DNA of 64,000 bases from Candidatus Eiseniibacteriota bacterium (GTDB lineage Bacteria > Eisenbacteria > RBG-16-71-46 > CAZAMP01): assembly GCA_965224245.1 (NCBI GenBank), contig OZ245046.1, forward strand, positions 6,368,001 to 6,432,000, read 5' to 3'. The stretch's first letter is position 1. Each line of letters starts with the position of its first letter. Both the position numbers and the translations under genes were made by a program. Shown one piece after another: positions 1-9,770 of this stretch. The notes beneath the pieces are model-generated. The model worked only from the letters and a program-made list of their open reading frames with translations. It did no database searches and was not told where the DNA came from.

Positions 1-27
1 CGATCCGAACGCTGCCACGACGCGCGT

Positions 28-312
28 CTACTGCGCGGGTGGATGTGACGGGTCGTGGCAGTCTGACGTCGGTGGGTCGTCGTCATGCTCACGGCTGCTC
101 GTCGTCACGCTGCGGAGGATGTCCGGTGCGAGGCTCGTGCTGTAGCCGACGTTGTGGATGTCCCAGCCGTCGAGCGTCGGTTCGTCGACCAGAAAGCGCG
201 GGAACTCACCCCACGTTCCCGACTCGTCGCCGGAGAACCCATGCACGAACAGGATCGCTGTCCTGGCACCTTCGCGCTCTCGTACGTTCACGAGGTTCGT
301 CTTGCTGCTCAT
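28..312 (-). pseudogene. Truncated alpha/beta-hydrolase (DUF676/esterase-lipase-like N-terminus)
   Basis: AILFVHGFSGDESGTWG...WDIHNVGYSTSLAPDI is a typical first strand and oxyanion segment. The sequence then degenerates into low-complexity text and stops at 94 aa with no GxSxG nucleophile. Confidence 0.6.
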
Positions 313-744
313 GGGAAGTCAGTGAGCGCATCATCGGGATCCTTGCCGGGTGGATCAACCGGAGCAACAGGGCGCGATCGACTACCTACCCACGGAGAAC
401 CCGCTCCTGATGGAAGATACGGCAGGAGGCGGGCTCCCTCACTGACGGAATCGGGCCCGATCGTCGATCCTCGATGATGCCGATGCATCATGGCGCCGCC
501 GTGCCGGCGTGCGGTCTCATTTGTGCCAGAGACATCTGCGATGCGCGACCGGTGGTACGCGTACGTCGCACGCGACGCCCGTCGTGGTCGGGGAGCGCTA
601 CGGTCCGGGTAACGACGAGCCCGGACCGATCGGTCGCCCGAGCCGTGCGGATTCGGCGGCCTCCGTCCACGTCCGGCCGACAACCCTCTTCCGGCCTCGT
701 CGATCGACACCGCACGCCGAGACGCGGGGCCGGGATCCGCGAGG

Positions 745-3150
745 ATGATCATGAGATCTCAATCCTGTCCCATCCCGCCCGCTGATCTCGCGCTTCCCTC
801 GGTCCTCGCCTCGGTCGCCCTGGCTCTCCACCTCTCGGTCGGCGTCGGTGCCGCGGAGAAAGCGCCTGTCGAGCCGCTCCGGAGCACGACCCGAGTACCC
901 TGCGAGATGGGTACCGTCGCCATCGACTGGGACTTCTCCGTGGGGCCCCACGACTTCTATCTGGTCGACTGCGACGACGGCGGCCTGCCGGTCTGGGAGT
1001 ACGGCCCGACCGACTACGTTCCGGACGCGCCGTCACGAGTCTGGGGTGCCGTTCTCCAGGGGGACTACCCGAGTGGCGCGGGTGAGGGGCTGGTCTCGCC
1101 GGAGTTCTTCGTCGACAGCGGGACCCAGTTGCTCGAGATCGTCCACTACGTGGATACCGAAGGTGGGTTCGATGGCGGCAACGTCATGGCCGGGGTCTGG
1201 CCGTCGGGTGTGATCATCGAGCCGATCGGTGGCTACACCACCGGCGCGATCAGCAGCAGCCCCAGCTACTACGCCTACTGCGTGGATGACGAGCCCGGCT
1301 GGAGCGGTCCTGATGCCCACTGGCGGACCGACTGCTTCGACCTCACCCCTCTGCTCGGTCAGACCATCGCCGTCGAGCTGGACTTTGGATCCGACGAGAG
1401 CGTGACCGCCCCTGGATGGTACGTCGCACGCATCCGCGTGGGTGGCCCGGCGGTGGAGCTGCGCGCCTGCTGTCTTCCGGATGGATCCTGCGATCTCCTG
1501 AGCGAGCCGGCCTGCCTGGAGATGGGGGGATCCTGGCTCCCCGAGCTGGACAGCTGTGATCCGAGCCCTTGCACTCCGACCCGCTTCCTTTCCGTCGCCG
1601 GGACCTACAACGCCGAGCCGTGGAACAGCTGGGTCGGCCCCGAGGGAACGGAGATCACGCTGAGAGCCGACATCCCACAGCACGAGAGTGAGACACCGAT
1701 CGTGCAGGTGGAGTTCTCGCTATCCACCGACGGAGGGTCGAGCTGGGACTTCGTCGGACTGGACTCGGACGGAACCGATCCGAGATTCGATTCGTTCGGG
1801 AACGCCGAGCCGATCGGAGACGGGTGGAGCGTGTCCGGCGTACCCGTGCCGATCCCGATCCCGGACCCGAACGTGTACTTCCGTGCCATCGCGTACCCGG
1901 AGGTGGGGGAGCCGCTGATTCTCGAGAGCTCGAGGAGATTCGACCCTGCTCCTCCGTCGCTCGCGCAGACGAACATCGAGGACTGGACCGTGTTCGAGGA
2001 GCCGCTGGTCGAGTTCGTGGTGGATCCGAACGGGGCCGACCTGGAGAGGATTCTCGTCCTTCTCGAGCCCAAGCCGGTCGAGTTCATCAAGGGGGTGCCC
2101 GCCATCGACCAGCATCTCCACTCGGACTATCACTGCGCACCGACGGCCACGGCCCAGTGCTTCCGTTACTTCGAGAACCAGGGGGACGCCGACATCATCG
2201 GCGGACTCAGCGACTACGAGCTGGTGGGTGCACTGGGCACACTCATGGAGACCACGCCGGTGATCGGCACCACGCTGGGACCCTGGCTCGCAGGTATCAA
2301 CTCGTGGATTCACTCGCACGGCAACGACTACACCGTTCGATATCGGTGGCACTACTCGTGGCCCAATCCGATCTGGGGGCCCAGAGACTGGAAGTTCGTC
2401 CGCGACGAGCTCGAGAAGTGCCAGGACGTCCTCATGGGTGTCTACTGGCTCACCGGCGGCGGACATGCCATGACGCTCAACTCCATCGTCGACGAGCCCC
2501 TTCCCGGCGGCCGGATCGCCATCGGGTTCTCCGATCCCTGGACGGGTGCACAGACTCCAGCGGAGATCGATCCCGTCACCGGGGAGCTCTTCGACGTCGG
2601 GGGACCGGGTGGGGCCATCGCCCAGGTGGCAACATCGATCATCATCTGTCCGAGGCAGGACGAGACGAGGTTCGGGCTGCCGGGTGAGGTTCAAGAGGAC
2701 TTCGTCCCCGATGGTGAAGGACCCTACGCGATCCCGATCAACATCCCGGACTACGGAGCGTGGTACGTCCACGTGGCGGTGGTGAATGATCTGGGCCACG
2801 AGCACCCGATCTCCACGATCATCGCGTACGAGGCCGAAATCGACGTTCCCGTTCAGCCCGGCGGGACGCCGGAGTCGTACCAGCTCCTGGCTTGCCGTCC
2901 GAACCCGTTTCGCGGCGAGACGGTCATCACATTCGGGTTGCCCGTCGCGTCGAACGTCCGGATCGAGGTCTTCGACCTGGCGGGGCGTCTGGTGCGCCGA
3001 CTCCAGGATGGACCGATCGAGCAGGGGTATCACGAGAGGAGATGGGACGGCTCGGACGACCGCGGGCTGAAGGTCTCCACGGGTGTCTACTATGTGAAGA
3101 TGTCGACTACCGGGTTCGAGCGGGTGACCAAGGTCGCCTGGATTCGTTAG
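745..3150 (+). CDS. Secreted multidomain protein: beta-sandwich + Cys-rich ACC motif + C39-like cysteine peptidase + FlgD-Ig/T9SS-like CTD
   Basis: Hydrophobic signal segment; FDGGNV...FGSDESVTAPGWYV sandwich; ACCLPDGSC...C...C...C; HCAPTATAQC...GGGHAMTL...SDPW (Cys/His/Asp); CTD PNPF...VFDLAGRLVRRL...WDGSDDRG...TGVYY. Confidence 0.8.
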   Translation: MIMRSQSCPIPPADLALPSVLASVALALHLSVGVGAAEKAPVEPLRSTTRVPCEMGTVAIDWDFSVGPHDFYLVDCDDGGLPVWEYGPTDYVPDAPSRVWGAVLQGDYPSGAGEGLVSPEFFVDSGTQLLEIVHYVDTEGGFDGGNVMAGVWPSGVIIEPIGGYTTGAISSSPSYYAYCVDDEPGWSGPDAHWRTDCFDLTPLLGQTIAVELDFGSDESVTAPGWYVARIRVGGPAVELRACCLPDGSCDLLSEPACLEMGGSWLPELDSCDPSPCTPTRFLSVAGTYNAEPWNSWVGPEGTEITLRADIPQHESETPIVQVEFSLSTDGGSSWDFVGLDSDGTDPRFDSFGNAEPIGDGWSVSGVPVPIPIPDPNVYFRAIAYPEVGEPLILESSRRFDPAPPSLAQTNIEDWTVFEEPLVEFVVDPNGADLERILVLLEPKPVEFIKGVPAIDQHLHSDYHCAPTATAQCFRYFENQGDADIIGGLSDYELVGALGTLMETTPVIGTTLGPWLAGINSWIHSHGNDYTVRYRWHYSWPNPIWGPRDWKFVRDELEKCQDVLMGVYWLTGGGHAMTLNSIVDEPLPGGRIAIGFSDPWTGAQTPAEIDPVTGELFDVGGPGGAIAQVATSIIICPRQDETRFGLPGEVQEDFVPDGEGPYAIPINIPDYGAWYVHVAVVNDLGHEHPISTIIAYEAEIDVPVQPGGTPESYQLLACRPNPFRGETVITFGLPVASNVRIEVFDLAGRLVRRLQDGPIEQGYHERRWDGSDDRGLKVSTGVYYVKMSTTGFERVTKVAWIR

Positions 3151-3452
3151 ACGCCGAGCCGGCTGGAGGTGAGCCGGGCCACGAGCCGGCCCCGGCTCGT
3201 TCCGGCATCCGGGTCAGTCGCACGGCCCCTGGTAGGGACGTGGCGGACCAGGAACTGCCCGGGCCGACTTCGGGTGGTGGGTCTCCGGCGTGGTGACCGG
3301 TCGTGCCCAGGGGCCAGAAAACGGACCCCCACCGGGCGCTGGCCATACGGGAAGTCCACGATGGTCATGTCGCCGACGGTCGGTATCCTGATCGATTGTC
3401 TCGTTCCGATCGGGGCGAGACGGCTGCACACACCCAACAGGTAGGCCGAGCC

Positions 3453-5756
3453 ATGGGACGCCCCTTTCTCGCGCTGCTCTCGATGGGACCGGTACTCGTC
3501 GCGTTCATTGCCGGATCCGCCGTGCGTGCCGATGACGTCATCACCCGTGTCATCACGCGTGACCGGATTGACGTGACGATGGAGGCCGGTTCGTACACGA
3601 TCTCGACGGCGGATGGCGAAGTCCGTCTCGACATCGGCGGCTTCGACCGGATCACGACACCCGGGAGCCCTGCGCTCCCCATGAGACGCTTTCTCATCGC
3701 GCTTCCCCCGGGATGTCGGGCCGAGGCCGTCGAGGTCACCGGGCTGGAGACGGTGCCGGTGCCTGGCAGCCACGCGATCGCGGCTGCAGGTCCGGTCGCG
3801 CTCGCGACCGGCACATCCGACCATGAGCAGGCCCTGCGGACCATGCTGCAGGCGTGGCGCGACGATCGCGCGGCGATCTACGGCTCCGACGCCGCGTTTC
3901 CGGCCCGTCCGGTCTGGATCGCGGGGCGCGGCACGTTCCGCACGGTCCCCTATGTGTCGGTGGCGTTCTGTCCGTTCACCTATCATCCCGTGTCCGGGAC
4001 CCTGAGCCACCACAGATCGGTCGACGTGTCGGTCACCTGCTCGCAGGTCTCCGACGGCACGTCGGTCCCGGGAGAGACGGGGCGCGATCCGGTCGGATAC
4101 GAGCGCGCGTTCCGGCTCTTTGCGAACTTCGAAGCCCTCGCACCCCATCATCGCGTCGACTCGACCGCCTCGCGTTCCTCCCAGACGTACGACTTCGTCG
4201 TCATCACCGTGGATGCGCTGCGCGATGCGGTGGACGCTTCAGCCTTCCTGGGGTGGAAGTCCGCACTCGGGCACACCGTGCGCACCGTCCTCACCACCGA
4301 CCCCGAGATCGCCACCCAGCCGGGCCGAGATCTCGCCGAGCAGATCCGCACCTTCCTGCGCGCCCACTACGTGAGCTGGGGCATCGAGTACGTGATCCTG
4401 GTCGGTGACTACGCGACCGTGCCCATGCGGATCTGTTATCCCGATCCCGACTTCCACGTCTACAATCCATCGAATCCCGGACTCGTCGCACCGGGCACGC
4501 CGACCGACTACTACTATGCCGACCTCTCATACGCCGATCACGTCTCATGGGACGCCGACGGTGATGGCTTCCCCGGCGAGTACGGGGACGACCTCCCGGA
4601 CTTCCTGGCCGAGGTCGCCGTGGGGCGCATCCCGGTCAGCGACCCCGGGAGGATCACGTACACGCTGGACAAGCTCGTGGCCTTCGAGCAGAACGGCGGC
4701 GCGTGGAAGCGCAACGTGCTTCACGCCGGCTCGATCCTCTTCTTCGAGAACCAGGACTTCGGCGACGTTCCCTTCATCGACGGATCGGTGTTGCTCGACG
4801 CCGTGGAACGGGACCTGATGCCCGGGTGTGCCATCGATCACTTCACCGAGCAGGCCGGCATCGTCACCTCGTACTTCGACTGGCCGGCGATCTCCGAGTC
4901 GGCGTTCCGCGGCGCCTGGCGCGACGGCCAGTACGCGATCGTGAACTGGTCCGGGCATGGCTGGACCGATGCAGCGGCCCGTACGGTCTGGGAGTGGGAC
5001 GACGGAGACGGCGTTCCCGAGAGCACGAACGGGGAGCTGCAGTCCCACCGCTTCATCGGGACGTCCACGTACGGTCTCGAGGACGACTACCCCTCCATCG
5101 TGTTCGCCATCTCGTGCAACGTCGGATACCCCGACCCCAATCCCTATGGCAACCTCGGGATCGATCTCCTCACCCGTCCCGGCTGGGGGGCGTCGGCGGG
5201 CATCGTCAGCTCGGCTCGCCCCGCGGCGATCTCGGCTGACTGGCTCACCGATCGCGGCGGCACGGAGGAGATCTGCTACTGCTTCAACCGCTGTCTGCTC
5301 GTGGAGTCCGACCGCGTGGGGGATGCGCTCTACGTCGGGAAGTTCGAGGCCACGACCGCATACGGATGGGATCGGGTCTACGAGTACATGAACCTGTACA
5401 ACTTCAACCTCTTCGGTGACCCGTCGCTCGTCGTCGATTCCGAGGTGGTCCAGGTAGCGGATGCGGGTGTGAGCCCGGGATACCTCACGATGAGGCTGGT
5501 GTCCGCGCATCCATCCGCAAACGGCATCACCGCCCGACTTCACGTGCCACGTGGCGGGCATGTCCGGGTGACGGTCCACGACGTTCAGGGGCGGCTGCTC
5601 ACGACACTGGACGACACCGATCATCCCGCGGGCACGTTCGACGTCACGTGGGATGGCGCCGTGGAAGGTGGCCGGAGAGCACCATCAGGGGTCTATCTCG
5701 TTCGCGCCCGGTTCGGACCGGGAGGTGTCACCGAGAAGCTCGTGGTGGTGAGGTAG
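3453..5756 (+). CDS. Gingipain-like peptidase C25 with propeptide and CTD
   Basis: Signal peptide; propeptide PGSPALPM; YVILVGD, TDYYYADL, VAVGRIP, NWSGHG (His), AISCNVG (Cys), NLFGDP; C-terminal Ig-CTD. Start moved to ATG 3453. Confidence 0.9.
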   Translation: MGRPFLALLSMGPVLVAFIAGSAVRADDVITRVITRDRIDVTMEAGSYTISTADGEVRLDIGGFDRITTPGSPALPMRRFLIALPPGCRAEAVEVTGLETVPVPGSHAIAAAGPVALATGTSDHEQALRTMLQAWRDDRAAIYGSDAAFPARPVWIAGRGTFRTVPYVSVAFCPFTYHPVSGTLSHHRSVDVSVTCSQVSDGTSVPGETGRDPVGYERAFRLFANFEALAPHHRVDSTASRSSQTYDFVVITVDALRDAVDASAFLGWKSALGHTVRTVLTTDPEIATQPGRDLAEQIRTFLRAHYVSWGIEYVILVGDYATVPMRICYPDPDFHVYNPSNPGLVAPGTPTDYYYADLSYADHVSWDADGDGFPGEYGDDLPDFLAEVAVGRIPVSDPGRITYTLDKLVAFEQNGGAWKRNVLHAGSILFFENQDFGDVPFIDGSVLLDAVERDLMPGCAIDHFTEQAGIVTSYFDWPAISESAFRGAWRDGQYAIVNWSGHGWTDAAARTVWEWDDGDGVPESTNGELQSHRFIGTSTYGLEDDYPSIVFAISCNVGYPDPNPYGNLGIDLLTRPGWGASAGIVSSARPAAISADWLTDRGGTEEICYCFNRCLLVESDRVGDALYVGKFEATTAYGWDRVYEYMNLYNFNLFGDPSLVVDSEVVQVADAGVSPGYLTMRLVSAHPSANGITARLHVPRGGHVRVTVHDVQGRLLTTLDDTDHPAGTFDVTWDGAVEGGRRAPSGVYLVRARFGPGGVTEKLVVVR

Positions 5757-5817
5757 TCGTGGCCACGAGATCGTCGAGCCGATCCCGTAGGCTCGAGAAG
5801 CGCCGCAACACGAGTCG

Positions 5818-5839
5818 CCCCGATCCACCGGGATCGGGG
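5818..5839. terminator. GC-rich hairpin after the C25 gene (possible terminator or stabiliser)
   Basis: Perfect 9-bp stem CCCCGATCC-accg-GGATCGGGG; no U-tract. Confidence 0.4.
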
Positions 5840-5910
5840 AGGGTGATCCTCCGGCGAGTGTGATACGCTTCTGTCTCCAGACGCCACGTAAGTCCCGAGG
5901 AGGTGATTCC

Positions 5911-6651
5911 ATGGGATCCAGGACGTGGTACGCCCCGTTGCTGATCGCCGTCGTATTCCCTGGTGCGGTTGCGGCGGGCGAGCGCATCTTCCCGTACGGG
6001 CTGGACGTTCATTTCACCGCCCCCAGCTACGCGATGTGCACGGACGCCGCGGTGGCCGACGCGGCTCTCTCCTGCGAGACGATCCAGCCGAACTACGTGA
6101 CCGGATACGAGGTCAACCTCATGTGGATCCTCGTCGACGGCATCCCCGATCGGGTCGGTGCCGACGGCGGCATCGGCGGCATCCAGTTCGGCATCGACTA
6201 TCCCCCGGGCGTCATCCTCATGTCGTGGGCGGTCTGTACCGGTGGCTCGGAGATTCCGCAGGGCGACGAGCGCACGTGGCCCGAGCCGTTCACGGGAAAC
6301 GCGATCACGTGGGCAGGTGGGTGTTACGAGCCCGACGGCGGACCCGATGGAATGACGCGCGTGGGGGTCTTTGTCGTTCCTCAGGAGAGTGTCGGCGTGG
6401 TGCGCACCCTGTGCGATCCCCGGATCGGGATCGCGCAGGGCGCGGACTGCGCGACCACGGTGCGTACGATCTGCTCGTTCTTCTTCGGGGAGGGGGACAC
6501 CACCCCCGGCGGCACCGCCGGTGTCCACGGGTGTGGGACCAGCGATCTGCACTGTGACGGGGGACCCTATGATCCACCCGAGGACACGTGCTACCCGGGC
6601 GTCCCGGTCCGGGCGACCACGTGGGGCCAGCTGAAGCAGCTGTACGACTGA
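5911..6651 (+). CDS. Secreted Cys-rich protein with C-terminal TWG tail; paralog of 9771-10478
   Basis: RBS GAGGAGGT before ATG 5911; signal peptide; ends GVPVRATTWGQLKQLYD; shares GGIGG.QFGID, W..CTGG.EIP, GNA.TW.GGC and DPRIG with its paralog. Confidence 0.85.
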   Translation: MGSRTWYAPLLIAVVFPGAVAAGERIFPYGLDVHFTAPSYAMCTDAAVADAALSCETIQPNYVTGYEVNLMWILVDGIPDRVGADGGIGGIQFGIDYPPGVILMSWAVCTGGSEIPQGDERTWPEPFTGNAITWAGGCYEPDGGPDGMTRVGVFVVPQESVGVVRTLCDPRIGIAQGADCATTVRTICSFFFGEGDTTPGGTAGVHGCGTSDLHCDGGPYDPPEDTCYPGVPVRATTWGQLKQLYD

Positions 6652-6893
6652 CGCCGTGGTCGTATCCGAAGACTCGGTCGCGTTGTCAGACCCTCCCTGG
6701 CAGAGCGTTGCCCGGTTAGGTGCGCTCTCCAGGCTCCCTCATGGCCCGCTCTCGATCCGGGATGTTGATCAACACGGTCGCCGCCGAGTGCCCCGCGTCC
6801 TCGGTGATGCAGAGCAAGAACCGGGAGATCAGGACCGACGCCGAGGTCGGCGACCGCACTCGGAAGCCGTCGCATCGCGTGGCCGGGGCGGTT

Positions 6894-6983
6894 GCGGGAC
6901 GGCGGATCGGCCCGGGCGTGTACGTTGCGCGGACGCGACTCGGCGATCGCGACCGGACGACGAAGCTGCTCTACCTTCGTTGA
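6894..6983 (+). pseudogene. Orphan 3' end of an Ig-CTD gene
   Basis: AGRRIGPGVYVARTRLGDRDRTTKLLYLR* matches the last two strands of the CTDs in this window; no upstream coding body or signal peptide. Confidence 0.6.
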
Positions 6984-7162
6984 CCACCGGACACGCGGCT
7001 ACGATCGCATCCAGGGTGCGCCCGCCAATCTGAGTCCCGATGTGCCGGGCACCACAATCGGCAGTATTTGCTATAGTCTGTCATGTGGGGTGACGGCTTC
7101 GGCCGCCCTGCGCGGCGACCGCAACGTGGTCGGCCGCGATGACCCGGGAAAGGTGGTCCGCG

Positions 7163-8011
7163 ATGCCAGTACCGCTGACGGCGCGACGTGCGGCTCTCAT
7201 CTGGGTCTTGCTGACGGTCCCGGTAGCGATGAGCACGCGGGCGCAGTACGGAGAGCTCTGGACGATACAGGGCGATGGTTCATCGGATCATGTCGACCTC
7301 GAGCAGGCCCACGACATCGTGGCCGTCCATCGCTGCGTCAAGGCCGGTGTTCCCACGATCTACCCGGGACCTTTCACCCCACCCGAGGCTGACGGCTGGG
7401 AAGAGGGGTCGTGGATGCCCGACACGAATGCGCTGTACGGCGACTGCGATGGAGACGGGTTCGCGGAGTTCGTCAGTCTCGACCCGGATCAGTCGAAGCG
7501 CGAGCTCGTCGTCTGGGACAGTCGAACCGGGGCAGTCGAGGCTGTCATATCCTACGGGGGAGTGTCGACCGAACCTCGCCTCGACTCGGTGCTCCTGATC
7601 GATGCGGAGTCCGACGGCATCAGCGAGATACTGGTTCACTGGAGCTCGACGTCGTCTCGAGAGCAGGGCTGGACGCTCTACGGACTCGACGTGATGCCAC
7701 GCGCCGCCCACGGGGGAGTGCCGGCCGCCGCTGCGTCGCACCTGGGTGTGTGCGCGCCAAATCCGTTCAACCCGATGAGCACGGTTCGCTTCGAGCTGGC
7801 GGCGGACGGCGAGGTGAGTCTACGCGTCTACGACACCACGGGTCGTCTCGTCCGGCGACTCGTGGAAGGTCGGCACCGGCAGGGCTCGCATCGCGTTCGG
7901 TGGAACGCGCGGGACGATCGAGACCTCGAAGTCGCGTCGGGTACGTACTTCTATGAGCTGACGGTCGACGGCTCGAAGATCGGCACCAGTAGAGTCGTCG
8001 TACTCGAGTAG
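7163..8011 (+). CDS. Secreted protein with FG-GAP-like Ca-binding loops and Ig-CTD
   Basis: Signal peptide; DCDGDGFAEF and DAESDGISEI loops; CTD PNPFNP...VYDTTGRLVRRL...SGTYFY. Alternative start 7139. Confidence 0.8.
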   Translation: MPVPLTARRAALIWVLLTVPVAMSTRAQYGELWTIQGDGSSDHVDLEQAHDIVAVHRCVKAGVPTIYPGPFTPPEADGWEEGSWMPDTNALYGDCDGDGFAEFVSLDPDQSKRELVVWDSRTGAVEAVISYGGVSTEPRLDSVLLIDAESDGISEILVHWSSTSSREQGWTLYGLDVMPRAAHGGVPAAAASHLGVCAPNPFNPMSTVRFELAADGEVSLRVYDTTGRLVRRLVEGRHRQGSHRVRWNARDDRDLEVASGTYFYELTVDGSKIGTSRVVVLE

Positions 8012-8049
8012 CTCGCGACCGCGAGGCGATCAACGAATCTGGGGGACCT

Positions 8050-9141
8050 ATGATCAGCCGCATCAGAAGTGGAGCATGCTCACCGTGCACGCGGGTGGCT
8101 GCCGTCGCTCTTGGTCTGGTGCTCACGGGATGTTCCGTCGGATCGTATCGGATGCCGTACGAGGACGGCACGCTGGTCAGGGTCGTCTACGATCACCTCA
8201 CACATGACTCGCCACGGGCCAAGATGTACGACCTAGCCGCTGTGAATGCGTCTCCGCGCACGCCGGCCCGGGTCGTGGCCGCTGCCCCCGGACGAGTTCG
8301 CTACATCCAGGATTGCTACGACAAACACAGCTGCGACTGCATGATGGAGCTGGGCAACTGCATGTCGGATCCACCCATCTGTCGCAACAACTTCGTCTGG
8401 ATCGAGCACGTCGACTACCGGCGATCCTGCGATCAGGGGACCTGCAGCGAGTGGACCGTCTACGCGCATCTGGTCAAGGACTCGGTCCGTGGCGATGCCA
8501 AGCTCAGCATTGACGAATGGGTGGATGCGGGTGACTTCATCGGCCTGGAGAGCGACGTCGGGTGCGTCGACATCGGCGTGCATCTGCACTGGATGGTAGC
8601 CGTGCTTCCGTCGTACGTCGGTCCCAGCGTCAATGGGGACTACGAGAATCACGTCGACGTGACCGGAGAGAGACCCGAGATCACCCCGATCGTCTGTCAT
8701 CGAGATGGACTGAGCGTGATGTACCAGGGACGCACCTACACGGCCGGTGGCTGTTCGGCGGCGGCGTCATGGCCGGGAGACCAGGTGGCGCTCGAGGAGG
8801 AGCTGCCGAACACCGCACCGCTGGAGGCGGTCATCCAGCGCATCTCGCGGGTCTCCGACGAGGGCATCCAGATCGCCATGGCGGACTCGGCGCTCATGCG
8901 AAGATCCCAGGACCTGATCGTCCGGCTCGAACCCACGTTCCAGAATCTGCTTCGACTTGGACGTGGCGCGATGTCCGCGGTCGAGCTGGATCTGCTTCTC
9001 GGTCTTCTCGACGAGTACGAGGTTCGCGGCAGCACCGAGATGGGCCGGGTGCTGGCCTCGCTGCGCAGTCAGCTCGAGAGTCCTCGCGAGCGGGCCATGC
9101 TCGGGCTGATCGTCGATCCTCCGTTCAGCGGCCTCGACTGA
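8050..9141 (+). CDS. M23 (peptidoglycan DD-metalloendopeptidase-like) lipoprotein
   Basis: Lipobox LTGC; H...YDL, VVAAAPGRV, NNFVWIEH, TVYAHL, HLHW (HxH); helical C-terminal extension. Confidence 0.8.
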   Translation: MISRIRSGACSPCTRVAAVALGLVLTGCSVGSYRMPYEDGTLVRVVYDHLTHDSPRAKMYDLAAVNASPRTPARVVAAAPGRVRYIQDCYDKHSCDCMMELGNCMSDPPICRNNFVWIEHVDYRRSCDQGTCSEWTVYAHLVKDSVRGDAKLSIDEWVDAGDFIGLESDVGCVDIGVHLHWMVAVLPSYVGPSVNGDYENHVDVTGERPEITPIVCHRDGLSVMYQGRTYTAGGCSAAASWPGDQVALEEELPNTAPLEAVIQRISRVSDEGIQIAMADSALMRRSQDLIVRLEPTFQNLLRLGRGAMSAVELDLLLGLLDEYEVRGSTEMGRVLASLRSQLESPRERAMLGLIVDPPFSGLD

Positions 9142-9219
9142 GGCACCCGGCGGCTACGAGGACCAGGTGGAGGGGGCATGCACGCTGGGTCGAGCACAAT
9201 CAGCCGGTTAGGAGATCTC

Positions 9220-9711
9220 GTGAATCATCGCGTGACGCACGGGCTGATGCTCCTGGCCCTGCTGGTCCATCCGGTGGCGTCCGTAGCCGCGGATGCGAAT
9301 CCCGAGTTCGACCCGTTCCTGAATGCCTACACGGTGGCCTGGAACACTCACGACGGTCAGACGCTGGCCGCGCTGTTCGCCCCCGACGCCGACTTCATCA
9401 TGCGGAGCCTGCCGCGCGTCGTCGGTCGAGAGGCCATCGGGCAGTGGTGGAGCACGTACTTCTCCCGGGTCGACGAGGGCCGGGAGGGCACGTTCGATCT
9501 GGTCACGATTCGAGACCTCGCCCCGGGCGTTCGACTCGTGAACGTCGACACGAAGACGTCCGGCACGAACGCGCAGGGTGAGCTGCTCGAACCCCGGCTC
9601 GCGCGGGGGACGTGGGTGCTGGTGAAGAACGGCGAGACCTGGCTGATCGCCGCGATGCGGGGCCTTCCGGCGGAGGGGGAGCAGCGTACGCGCCCGGGGA
9701 CGGATCGCTGA
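9220..9711 (+). CDS. SnoaL/NTF2-like (SgcJ/EcaC-type) exported protein
   Basis: AWNTHDGQTLAALFAPDADF...GREAI...VLVKNGETWLIAA; GTG 9220 after AGGAG. Confidence 0.85.
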   Translation: MNHRVTHGLMLLALLVHPVASVAADANPEFDPFLNAYTVAWNTHDGQTLAALFAPDADFIMRSLPRVVGREAIGQWWSTYFSRVDEGREGTFDLVTIRDLAPGVRLVNVDTKTSGTNAQGELLEPRLARGTWVLVKNGETWLIAAMRGLPAEGEQRTRPGTDR

Positions 9712-9770
9712 GTCCACGACGCAGTCGGCCCCTGTGTCCCGCCGGGCCAACCAACAGGAGGTTCGTTGCC

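Noticed and set aside
3453-5756. C25 protein as the T9SS sortase PorU
   Set aside because: It is shorter than typical PorU, has a gingipain-type propeptide and has no adjacent porV; it looks like ordinary cargo.
6651-9230. Integron attC sites (GTTAGGT near 6715, GTTAGGA near 9207)
   Set aside because: No matching RYYYAAC inverse cores or attC-like stems, and no integrase in the window.
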